Made by a program: the position numbers and the translations under genes. DNA of 64,000 nucleotides from Dehalococcoidia bacterium (lineage in GTDB: Bacteria; Chloroflexota; Dehalococcoidia; Lucifugimonadales; UBA3495). The notes below the pieces were generated by a model, which was given only the letters and a program-made list of their open reading frames with translations, had not been told where the DNA came from and did not search any database. Positions 39,359 through 48,134 of this stretch are shown piece by piece. The first letter of the stretch is position 1. Each line of letters starts with the position of its first letter. The stretch covers positions 705,535-769,534 of the forward strand of contig OZ244879.1 in NCBI GenBank assembly GCA_965221295.1, read 5' to 3'.

Positions 39359-40732
39359 TCACCCGCTAGATGCGGCGGCGCAGGTTTCTACGAACCGGCG
39401 AGCCAATCCGGGCCGGCTGCCCAGGTGCACGTGTATGTATGATGCCCACACATTGCCCTGCCGAAACCCCTCGGGGCGGCCGGCTTGGTTCATCACTCGG
39501 TACGCCGCCGATTCCATCCCCGGCGGGTCCTGCAGCGCCGACCAGTGGAACTCGTGGCCGCGCACCTGCTGCCCCTTGCGCAGCAATGGACCCTCGGCGC
39601 AAGCCTCCACCTCGCGATAGCCCAGATGCAGCCGCCGATCCTCCATCGAGGACACCACGGGTATCGCCCCCACCATGGGATATTGCCGGCCATCCAGATC
39701 CGACAGGCTGCGGCCCAGGTACATCAGGCCGCCGCACTCTCCGTAAACGGTTGCTCCCCTCTCGATGGCGCCCCGGATGGACTGGAGCATCCCATGGTTC
39801 TCCGACAGCTCTTCGGCGAACAGCTCAGGGAAGCCGCCGCCCAGGTACACGCCGCCTATCCCTTCCGGCAGCGCGGAATCGTCCAACGGCGAGAAAGGAA
39901 CTATCTCCGCCCCCCACGCGGACAGCAAGTCCAACGAGTCCTGGTAATAGAAGGAAAACGCCCGATCCTGCGCCACCGCAATGGCCGTCCGCCTCGGCTG
40001 CAGTTCGTCAGGAAATACCCTGGCGCCAGCGTTGGCGGGTCGCCCGGCGCCCCGGGCGATCCCCACAATGGCGTCCAAGTCGATGGTCTGCTCGATCTGG
40101 GAGTCAAGCGCTTCATACCACTCTTTGACCACGGTGCCTTCCACCGTGGGTATCAATCCCAGGTGGCGCTCTGGCTGCGCCAGATCATCCCGCCGCGGCA
40201 GCCACCCGACGACGGGCAGCCCCGTGGTGGCCTCGATCTGAGGCTTGCAGAATTCCAGGTGACGCTCGCTGCCCAACCCGTTGAGTATTACGCCAGCGAC
40301 GCGAAGCTCCGGGTCAAATTTCTGGTAGCCGAGAACCTCAGCGGCCACGCTTCGCGCCACCTTTCCGGCGTCCGCGATCAGAATTACCGGAGCGTCCAGC
40401 AGCTTGGCCAGCTCGGCGGTGGACCCATCCTCGCCCAGCGAGGAATGCCCGTCAAAGACCCCCATGACACCCTCCACCACCGCGATGTCAGCGGCCCCAG
40501 CGGCCCGGTGGAACAACTCAGCCACCACGGGATGGGGCAACAACCAGGTGTCCAGATTCCGCGAGGGCGTTCCGCACGCGATGGTGTGATAAGTCGGGTC
40601 GATGTAGTCCGGTCCAGCTTTGAACGGCTGCACCCGCAACCCCCGCCGCGCCAACGCCCCCATTATGCCGCTGGCAATGGTCGTCTTGCCCACTCCCGAG
40701 CGTACGCCGGCGATCACTACGGCGGAAGTCAT
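39359..40732 (-). CDS. cbiA: Cobyrinate a,c-diamide synthase
   Basis: SGVGKTT, FKAGPDYIDP, EGVMG.FDG, ERHLGL, GGFPE, ECGGLMYL, GHEFH. Confidence 0.92.
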   Translation of the reverse strand: MTSAVVIAGVRSGVGKTTIASGIMGALARRGLRVQPFKAGPDYIDPTYHTIACGTPSRNLDTWLLPHPVVAELFHRAAGAADIAVVEGVMGVFDGHSSLGEDGSTAELAKLLDAPVILIADAGKVARSVAAEVLGYQKFDPELRVAGVILNGLGSERHLEFCKPQIEATTGLPVVGWLPRRDDLAQPERHLGLIPTVEGTVVKEWYEALDSQIEQTIDLDAIVGIARGAGRPANAGARVFPDELQPRRTAIAVAQDRAFSFYYQDSLDLLSAWGAEIVPFSPLDDSALPEGIGGVYLGGGFPELFAEELSENHGMLQSIRGAIERGATVYGECGGLMYLGRSLSDLDGRQYPMVGAIPVVSSMEDRRLHLGYREVEACAEGPLLRKGQQVRGHEFHWSALQDPPGMESAAYRVMNQAGRPEGFRQGNVWASYIHVHLGSRPGLARRFVETCAAASSG

Positions 40733-40813
40733 TGGGTCCTGCGCGGCGACGTGTCGTTCAACATGGCCATTACCTCGGCTCAGCTATGCTCCACGGCTAG
40801 GGATGCTCTCCGG

Positions 40814-41263
40814 CTAGGGATGTTCTCCGGCTCGCCCAAATTCGTCCGCGGGCAGGGCGATCTTGCTGGGATACCTGCTCAACAGCGACATGAAGAACTC
40901 GTGCCGCGGAGGGTTGGTGGCGTCGTCATCCGACTTACGCAGGTAGATCCGCATGGCCGGGTTGCCATCGCCGTCCCGCATCCACAACTGGTATGACGGC
41001 AGGCCCTGGTCGTTGGTCGTGTGAATGAATTCGGCCTCGCGAATCTTGGACATGTCCAAGTGCATATGCGTCCCGCCCGGAACCATCAGGGTGACGATCC
41101 GCCCGTCTGGCGTGAACCGGAGATCGTCGAAGTCCATGTAAACCTCGGCGGAAGCCGCGGAGCTTTCCAACATCACCACCACTTCGTTGAAGCCAACCCC
41201 GTCGGCCCCGTCGCGGCACGCTTCGAGAATGTTCTGGAGGGTGGAACCATTGCGTTCGACCAT
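40814..41263 (-). CDS. ChuX/HutX-like tetrapyrrole-binding protein
   Basis: 149 aa; pattern ..E.....HMHLD..KI..AEF...SY.L...DGDG..AMRIYL...FF.L..RY resembles the HemS/ChuX family; RBS GAAGGAG. Confidence 0.6.
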   Translation of the reverse strand: MVERNGSTLQNILEACRDGADGVGFNEVVVMLESSAASAEVYMDFDDLRFTPDGRIVTLMVPGGTHMHLDMSKIREAEFIHTTNDQGLPSYQLWMRDGDGNPAMRIYLRKSDDDATNPPRHEFFMSLLSRYPSKIALPADEFGRAGEHP

Positions 41264-41549
41264 GAGGGACGCTCCTTCTCATGCCTTGCTTGCGGCGACA
41301 AGTCGCGGCGGACGCACGGCGTGGGGGTGGCTGGATTGTGGGTGGACGGATTATATCAGCGGCCGAAATGTCGATTCACTGGCTGCGCTGGCGCTGCCGA
41401 TCTCTGCGTGTTGTTGGTCTCCGGGCGTCGGCGGTTTCCGGGCGCCGGCGGTTTCGAGGCGCTGATGCGATGCGTCCCCCAGCGGGCCGGAGGAGGAGGT
41501 AACCGGCCCGCCGGAGCGACGCGGGAAAGATGTCAGATTCCCTGGCGTC

Positions 41550-41581
41550 AAAAAAACCCGGCTGCGCTTTTGCAGTCGGGT
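41550..41581 (-). terminator. Intrinsic terminator, likely the riboswitch expression platform
   Basis: Minus strand CCCGACTGC-aaaagc-GCAGCCGGG followed by T7. Confidence 0.75.
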
Positions 41582-41667
41582 AACGAATCGGGCTGGTAAC
41601 GATGATACCGCCGTCAATACGGTCACGGGTCCGCCCACTCGTTCCACGAAGCGCAGCTGGATCACTT

Positions 41668-41885
41668 CCGCTGGCAGGCCTCCTGGCTGATGGCTGATAA
41701 CGACGCTCCTCCGCCTTCCCACCCGCCTCATGGCGGACAGTGGCTGCGCGCAGGGAATGCTCCCCGCAGTCGCTCGGAGGGCGTCTCGCCAATTACAGTG
41801 GCGGGACCGCACCGGATTCGCACCGGATTTCCTTTTCAGTTCGCGTTGGGCGCTCCATTGCGACCAAACGCCAACCACCGGCGGA
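41668..41885 (-). promoter_or_regulatory. Cobalamin riboswitch
   Basis: Minus strand AAAAGGAAATCCGGTGCGAATCCGGTGCGGTCCCGCCACTGT ... GCCACTG ... GGGAAGG ... AGCCAGGAGGCCTGCC (B12 box); upstream of cob genes. Confidence 0.92.
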
Positions 41886-41914
41886 AGCTGATGAATTCGC
41901 CTGTTAACGCCTAG

Positions 41915-41943
41915 ACGATAACAACATCCCCAACCATTGTCAA
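41915..41943 (-). promoter_or_regulatory. Promoter for the riboswitch leader
   Basis: Minus strand TTGACA, 17 bp, TATCGT with upstream TG. Confidence 0.55.
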
Positions 41944-41975
41944 ATCGCGTCTCCCTCCCTTCCCCTGATCGCCCA

Positions 41976-42200
41976 CACTGTCATAGCGAGCAGCGGCTTG
42001 TTCTGTAATTGCCAGGCGATCTCCCCACCCGACATTGCGATGCGCTCCCCCTCGACATTGAGAGGCGCCCCCCACCTGTCATTGCGAGGCCGAAGGCCGT
42101 GGCAATCTCGTCGACCGCAACCAACGGCCACCCCCCATCCGTCGCCGGCCATTGCGAGGAGCGCCAGCGACGCGGCAATCCCGCAGCCCACAACCAATCG
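41976..42200. repeat. REP-like array F
   Basis: TGTCATTGCGAGGCCGAAGGCCGTGGCAATCTC and CATTGCGAGGAGCGCCAGCGACGCGGCAATCC arms. Confidence 0.78.
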
Positions 42201-42429
42201 CCGTCCGCCCCGATTTCACCGGATTGGCCAGTTCGCACGAAAAACCCGGGAGCGCGCCGTCATTTGGGCGAACCGAACCGCTGAGGATTCGATTGCGCCA
42301 TCTCGCAGTAGGACGCCCCCGGGCTGCTGTCACGGCCCTCCCAACGGATATCGGAGCTCGAGGCCCCTTTGCAAGTGGGGGAGAACCGTTCGCCGACAAT
42401 ATTATCACATCTGTCTAGACCATTGCGCC

Positions 42430-42459
42430 TTGACGCCTCAGCCGTCAATCGGGTACATT
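42430..42459 (+). promoter_or_regulatory. Promoter with an inverted repeat overlapping -35, upstream of the ferritin-like pair
   Basis: TTGACG, 18 bp, TACATT; TTGACG-N7-CGTCAA palindrome. Confidence 0.5.
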
Positions 42460-42500
42460 GCCCCGGATACTACGTCCTTTTGGGAATGGGAGGCAGGAAA

Positions 42501-43595
42501 ATGACCATCTTGCAGGATCGCCCCACCGCCGAGATGGAAGAGGCGGTCCAGAACGGTTTCGACCTTTCCTGGCTGCAACAACTCAAGCGCCAAATCCCCG
42601 GCGCCGCCGAGGAACTCGCCAACGATCCAACCCTTGCTGAGCGCTCGGCAGACTTGCTAGACGAGTCGCCCAACCAGACCCAGCGCACCCGCGGCGCTCT
42701 GCCTCGATCCGGCGTACCCCAGTATGCCGCCTACACCTTCCGCGACAAAAAGGAAGTCTGGGGATACAACCTGACCAAGCTCTACCAGGAAGCCGTTTCC
42801 CGGCAGTGGTCGTCCGCCACTGATATTCCTTGGGATTCCCTGCGCCCGCTCCCCGACGACGTCGAAGCCGCCCAATGCCAGCTTGCCACCTTCTTCGCCC
42901 AGGTCGAATTCGTGGCCGCCGACGTGCCGGGCCGCTTCATCGCCCAGATGTCCCCCGATTACCACGAGGTCCGGATGTTCCTCCTCACCCAGGTGATGGA
43001 CGAGTCCCGCCACATGGAGGTATTCCGCAAGCGCGCCCTCTCCAATGGCGGCGGCCTGATGCGCATGATCGACTCCGTCAGCGACGTCACCGGAGGCAGC
43101 ACCGACAACGCCCGCGAATTCACTGAAATGTCCAGCCGTCTTCACATCGTCGGTGAAGGCAACGTGCTCACCCTTTTCCGTTTGGGTGAACTCATGGCGT
43201 ACAACGACGCTGAAAAAGCCATCTATCGACGCGCCGCTCAGGACGAGGCCCGCCACGTCGCGTTCGGCGTCCTTCACGCCCGCTACATGAACGAATGCGC
43301 CCCCGAGCGCCGGGAAGAAATCCACGCCTACTTGGACGAAGCCGAAGACCGTCAGGCCACCGGCAACGGCGGCGAAAACCCGGCCGCCAGGAGCGCCAAC
43401 CTCACCGCCGAATCCCTCGCCATCCTGCTCGGCGGCGGCGCCGACAACGCCGACGAAGGTCAGAAGATCCTTGCCGCCATCCGGCAACGACAGGTCAAGG
43501 AATACTTCCAACGCCTAAAGTCCTGCGGCTTCGACGACCGCATCGAAAATGGCCGCGTCAACCCGGCGCTCCTGGAAGTTTACAAAGCCGCTTGA
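42501..43595 (+). CDS. Ferritin-like diiron protein with complete ligand set
   Basis: QW...DIPW; QVE ... DESRH ... VGE ... DEARH. Confidence 0.82.
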   Translation: MTILQDRPTAEMEEAVQNGFDLSWLQQLKRQIPGAAEELANDPTLAERSADLLDESPNQTQRTRGALPRSGVPQYAAYTFRDKKEVWGYNLTKLYQEAVSRQWSSATDIPWDSLRPLPDDVEAAQCQLATFFAQVEFVAADVPGRFIAQMSPDYHEVRMFLLTQVMDESRHMEVFRKRALSNGGGLMRMIDSVSDVTGGSTDNAREFTEMSSRLHIVGEGNVLTLFRLGELMAYNDAEKAIYRRAAQDEARHVAFGVLHARYMNECAPERREEIHAYLDEAEDRQATGNGGENPAARSANLTAESLAILLGGGADNADEGQKILAAIRQRQVKEYFQRLKSCGFDDRIENGRVNPALLEVYKAA

Positions 43596-43695
43596 TTCCG
43601 CCCACTGGATAAATCAGTCTCTACGGTGGCCCGTCGACCTGGTTTCGGCGGGCCGTTCCTCTACCCCGAGGCATCACTTACTCCGAGGCATCACC

Positions 43696-44895
43696 ATGAC
43701 GCAGAACGACGCTCAGCAACCCGCTCCCGCCGATGCGCCGGCCGACGACAGCGATCCCACCGGCAGCTACCGATCCTCTGCCGCCGACCGGGTTCAGCGC
43801 AACGCCGCCGCCGGCGACTCCGCCGATCCCGCGACGCAAGCGTCGCCCGACGCCCCAGACCAGCAGCCCGACGGGCCATCTGCCGCCGAGCGTTTCCCGT
43901 GGATGAAGGACACCAGGCAATGGGGCGTTCGCGCTCCCCTCACTGCCCACGGCCTCACCGTTGAATCCATCGCCCTTGGCGTGTACGGCGAAATCCCCGA
44001 CGAGAGCCGCGAAATGACCCGGATGCCGCGTGGATCCTTCGCCACACCCGGTATGCCCCGGCTCGACAACTACTCCGTCAACCGCAAGGACGAGCTCTGG
44101 TCTGAAAACGCCTCTTCCCTCTACGAAGAGGCGATTCAACGGCGTTGGAACGCCATGCAGGACATCGCTTGGGACGACCTGCCCACCCTGCCTCAAGACC
44201 TCGAAATCGCTTGGTGCCAGCTGTGCACCGAGTTGGGACAGCACGCCACCGCCGAAATCGACACCATCGGCCAGTGGCTCCATCGCATGAATTACGCCTA
44301 CATCGAACCCAAGATGTTCCTCGCTACCCAGGAATTCGACTCCGCCCGGCATTTCGAGGTGATGCGACATCGAGCCCTGTGCAACGGCGGCGCCCTCGGT
44401 CTCGAATCACCGGGCCACATGAGCCGCCGCATGTTGGAAACCCGCGCCGGTTGGCCCGAAGTCGCCGTCTCTCTCTACATCGCCAGAGGAACCCTAACCC
44501 TGCTGCTCTACCGGTTCGGCGCCCACTTCGCCGCCAACCCGGTTGACCGCAAACTGTTCAGCCTGAGCCTGCAGGACAAAGCCCGACACATGGCCTACGG
44601 ACTCGCCATGCTGAAACTCTCGGTCGCAGTGAAAGGCGCCGACTTCGGAACCTCTTTGCGCAGGATTCTCGGCTCCATCGAAAAGGACATGGCCGCAGAA
44701 CTGAAAGACCCAGCGCTGTGGGAGGCCTTGGCCATCATCAGCGGCGGTTCGGTCCCCATGATGGCCCAGGGCAAGGTTGCGGTTGAACGGCTTCGTTCGA
44801 CCTACGTCCGGCAGTACCTCAAGCGCCTGCAATACGCCGGCATCGATAAGCGGGAGAACGCCCTGCATCCCGACTTGGCCGCAATACTGCAATAA
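43696..44895 (+). CDS. Ferritin-like paralog with degenerate metal ligands
   Basis: Collinear with upstream gene (LYEEAIQRRW..DIAW, MFLATQ, RALCNGG) but DSARH and DKARH replace DExxH. Confidence 0.78.
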   Translation: MTQNDAQQPAPADAPADDSDPTGSYRSSAADRVQRNAAAGDSADPATQASPDAPDQQPDGPSAAERFPWMKDTRQWGVRAPLTAHGLTVESIALGVYGEIPDESREMTRMPRGSFATPGMPRLDNYSVNRKDELWSENASSLYEEAIQRRWNAMQDIAWDDLPTLPQDLEIAWCQLCTELGQHATAEIDTIGQWLHRMNYAYIEPKMFLATQEFDSARHFEVMRHRALCNGGALGLESPGHMSRRMLETRAGWPEVAVSLYIARGTLTLLLYRFGAHFAANPVDRKLFSLSLQDKARHMAYGLAMLKLSVAVKGADFGTSLRRILGSIEKDMAAELKDPALWEALAIISGGSVPMMAQGKVAVERLRSTYVRQYLKRLQYAGIDKRENALHPDLAAILQ

Positions 44896-44991
44896 TCCGC
44901 CGCCACGGCGTCGCCGGAGCCAAAATCGCATCGGGCGGGTTCCACGACCCGCCCTTACTACTGCCGCCATAGCGTAGAATATGGCGCCTCC

Positions 44992-45687
44992 ATGCTCATT
45001 TCCTCTGCCAATCTACTGCCCGACGACCTACCCGCCCTAGTCAGGTTGGCCGTGCTCTGCGCGGTCTCGGCCTCCGTTGCCATGTGGGTCAGCGGCTGGT
45101 TCCAGGCTGTCGCCGCTACGGTGTTCGGCGACCCAGCCCCCAGGGCCCAGGGCCGTCTGTTCGGCAACCCGCTGCGACACCTCGACCCGGTGGGACTCGT
45201 GGTCGCCACCGCTTCCGGCTTGGGCTGGGGAAGGCCGCCGCCCGGGCCGCCCGGGCGTCAGGGCCGATGGCCCTCGGTCGCGGTGGCAATGGCCGGCCCC
45301 TTGGGCAATCTCAGCGTAGGATTCTTGCTGGCGGCGCCGGTCAAGGCAGGGTGGTTGTCTTGGGCGTTTCCGTCTCCGGATAGCCTCACCCTGGTGATGA
45401 CCGGCGGACTCCGCTCCGGTCTATCAGACGTGGTGGGCCTGCTCATCATCTACAACCTCCTCCACGCCGTGTTCCAGTTGCTTCCGCTTTCACCCCTGGC
45501 TGGCTACCGTGTCCTCGCCGTGTTCCTTCCCGCCGCCGCCGCCGAAACCCACCAGCGGTTTCAACGATTCGCCCCGATCCTCCTGGTGGCCTTGATCGCT
45601 TCAGATTACGCGCTGCGACCCGGCCTGCTCTGGGCCACCATACTACCCGCCGTTCATTGGCTGGCGACGCTGGCCACCGGCTTCTAG
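44992..45687 (+). CDS. Site-2 protease (M50)-like membrane protein lacking catalytic residues
   Basis: GDP.P...GRL..NPLRHLDPVG...GWGRP...VAMAGPLGN typical of M50, but no HExxH, and QLLPLSPLAG instead of NLLPxPPLDG. Confidence 0.72.
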   Translation: MLISSANLLPDDLPALVRLAVLCAVSASVAMWVSGWFQAVAATVFGDPAPRAQGRLFGNPLRHLDPVGLVVATASGLGWGRPPPGPPGRQGRWPSVAVAMAGPLGNLSVGFLLAAPVKAGWLSWAFPSPDSLTLVMTGGLRSGLSDVVGLLIIYNLLHAVFQLLPLSPLAGYRVLAVFLPAAAAETHQRFQRFAPILLVALIASDYALRPGLLWATILPAVHWLATLATGF

Positions 45688-45844
45688 CCTTGGCCTTACC
45701 CGGTCAGTCGTGGCGAGAAGTGATCGGGACGCGGCAATCTCGGGCCCTACGTGAATTGCGGTCCATTCCGGTCAACCAAAGTTCCACGTCAACCTCACAA
45801 CGGTAGGGCGCTGCCCGTCGGTACCTTTGGGCTCGCGCGCTCGG

Positions 45845-46642
45845 TCAACCGGTCGGCCCGAACCGCTCGGTTCGGATGGCTGCTTCGGCGATGCCAACGG
45901 ACAGCAGCGCATCTCCAACGGTTTCAACGAATCCCGTCGGCCCGCAAACATAGCAAAGTGGTTGATTGGCGTTGCCCCAAACGCCACCGGCGCCCAGCTT
46001 GGACAACTCATTGAGGCATTCCCGCAGCATCTCGACGTCGACGCGCCGGCGGTACCCCGTCCATCCCGCGGGTTGTCGCCGGGTGAACGTGTACCGCGCC
46101 GTGGCCCGAGGGGAGCGCTCGTCCAGTCCATCCAGCCAGTTCCGGTAGATCACGTCGTCTGGCGTCCGCGCCGAGTAGAGCAGCAAAGCTGGCAGGTCCG
46201 CCGCCACCGCCTCCCGGTGCGCCAGGATGGAACGCAACGGCACGACGCCCGAACCGCCGGCAACCAGCAACAGCGGCCCGCCCATCTCGGCATCCCACGT
46301 GAACGGACCGCCAATCGGTCCGCGGACTTCCAACTCGTCGCCAGGCTCGACCACCTCGTGGAAATAAGGCGATACTTCCCCCTCGTCAATCAACTCCACG
46401 GTCAGGTCGATGACGCCAGCCGCGTCGGTCGGAGCCGACGCTATCGAATAGGAACGCTGGGCTTGATAGCCGTCGGGCGCCGTCAATCGAACGTCGTAAT
46501 GCTGACCAGCGCGAAAGGGAACCGGATGGTCCAGCCGCAGCGTGAAAGTGCGGGCCCGATGGGTCTCTATGGTTACCCGCTCCACGGTCGCTTTGCGCCA
46601 GGGTGACGGAGCGGCGCCGGCGCCCGGAAGAGGTGTCGACAT
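45845..46642 (-). CDS. FAD/NAD(P)-binding oxidoreductase (FNR-like)
   Basis: FRAGQH, RSYSIAS, GEVS, VAGGSGVVP, YVCGP, TERFG. Confidence 0.88.
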   Translation of the reverse strand: MSTPLPGAGAAPSPWRKATVERVTIETHRARTFTLRLDHPVPFRAGQHYDVRLTAPDGYQAQRSYSIASAPTDAAGVIDLTVELIDEGEVSPYFHEVVEPGDELEVRGPIGGPFTWDAEMGGPLLLVAGGSGVVPLRSILAHREAVAADLPALLLYSARTPDDVIYRNWLDGLDERSPRATARYTFTRRQPAGWTGYRRRVDVEMLRECLNELSKLGAGGVWGNANQPLCYVCGPTGFVETVGDALLSVGIAEAAIRTERFGPTG

Positions 46643-46695
46643 GATTCTCAAGAACCCTTACGCAGCGGAAACCGCCCGACCATCGCCCTACTCAC

Positions 46696-47120
46696 TATCA
46701 TCGCGAGGCGCCTGCCCCACCTGCCATCACGAGGCCGAGGGCCGTGGCAATCTCGTAGCCCGCAACCGACGGCTACCTGCATCCCCCACCTGTCATTGCG
46801 AGGCCGAAGGCCGTGGCAATCTCGTAGCCCGCAACCGACGGCTACCTGCATCCCCCACCTGTCATTGCGAGGCCGAAGGCCGTGGCAATCTCGTAGCCTG
46901 CAACCGACGGCTACCTGCATCCGCCACCTGTCATTGCGAGGCCGAAGGCCGTGGCAATCTCGTAGCCTGCAACCGACGGCTACCTGCATCCCCCACCTGT
47001 CATTGCGAGGCCCAAGGCCGTGGCAATCTCGTAGCCCGCAACCGACGGCTACCTGCATCCCCCACCTGTCAACGCGAGGCCGAGGGCCGTGGCAATCTCG
47101 TAGCCCGCAACCGACGACCA
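46696..47120. repeat. REP-like array G: 69-bp unit x6, one arm only
   Basis: CACCTGTCATTGCGAGGCCGAAGGCCGTGGCAATCTCGTAGCCYGCAACCGACGGCTACCTGCATCCCC; GAGGCC at 46731, 46800, 46869, 46938, 47007, 47076. Confidence 0.93.
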
Positions 47121-47134
47121 CCAGTAACAACCCC

Positions 47135-47740
47135 CTAGTCGCCCCAGTATCGTTGCTCTTTCCAGGGGTCGCCGTACATGTGGTAGCCGTACTGCTCCCA
47201 GAACCCAGGTTGGTCCTGGGTCATAAACCTGATGCCCCGCAACCACTTGGCCGACTTCCAGAAATACAGATGGGGAACCACCAGGCGCGCCGGCCCACCG
47301 TGCTCGGGCGCGATGGGCTGCCCGTCGAATTCGTACGCCACCATGCCGCGGCCTTCGACCACGTCCCACGTCGGCAGGTTAGTGGTATATCCGCCGTAGC
47401 AAAACGCCATCAGATACGGCGCCGGCTCGCTGACGCCGGCTGCAATCAGCAGGTCGTCAATGGCAACGCCCTTCCAGGTGGTATCGAGCTTGCTCCACTT
47501 CGTAACGCAGTGGATGTCGGTGAAAATTTCCGTCTCCGGCAGGCTGCGAAACTCCTGCCAGTTCCATTCCCCCAGCGGTTCGCCATCAGCGCCCAACAAG
47601 GCGAAAGACCATTGATCCAGCGGTACGCGTTGCGTGGGACCGGCGGTGAGCACCGGGAAGCCACGTTCCAGGTACTGGCCGGGCGGAATCGGGCGCGGCG
47701 GCGTTTCGCGTCGCCGTCCGAAGAACCCTCGTGTGGTCAT
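47135..47740 (-). CDS. Sulfite oxidase-like molybdopterin oxidoreductase
   Basis: PPGQY..FPVL, DIHCVTKWS, YTTNLP, EHGGPARLVVPHLYFWKSAKW, GFWE..GYH. Confidence 0.88.
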   Translation of the reverse strand: MTTRGFFGRRRETPPRPIPPGQYLERGFPVLTAGPTQRVPLDQWSFALLGADGEPLGEWNWQEFRSLPETEIFTDIHCVTKWSKLDTTWKGVAIDDLLIAAGVSEPAPYLMAFCYGGYTTNLPTWDVVEGRGMVAYEFDGQPIAPEHGGPARLVVPHLYFWKSAKWLRGIRFMTQDQPGFWEQYGYHMYGDPWKEQRYWGD

Positions 47741-48134
47741 GTTAGCTGAACTCCTGGCCTTTTGACGCTTTCGCGCGCGAGTGTGCCCTCAACGTTTACG
47801 AGAACCCAACGGAAGTTACCGAAATAGCCGGCGGCTGTCAAACCGCGTAACCGCCGTCATCCGGCTCTCCTACCTATCATCGCGAGGCGCTACTCCCCTG
47901 ACATTTGTAGGTTGCATGAGCCGCCCGGATAGGCCAATGCGGGGAGCGCCAGCGACGTGGTATCTCGTTGCCTGGGCGAACAGTCGCGCGTTGTGGTCGT
48001 CGAGATTGCCGCGCTTCGTTCGCAATGACAGAAGCGATTGTCATTGCGAGGAGCGCCAGCGACGTGGCAATCTCGTTGCCTGGGCGAACGACCGCGCGTT
48101 GTGGTCGTCGAGATTGCCGCGCTGCGCTCGCAAT

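Noticed and set aside
41351-41878. 175-aa ORF upstream of the ChuX-like gene
   Set aside because: Coincides with the cobalamin riboswitch and its terminator
46696-47120. CRISPR-like appearance of the REP arrays (also 25312-25815, 27356-28185, 56912-57510)
   Set aside because: Linkers are near-identical within each array rather than unique spacers, and there are no cas genes in the window
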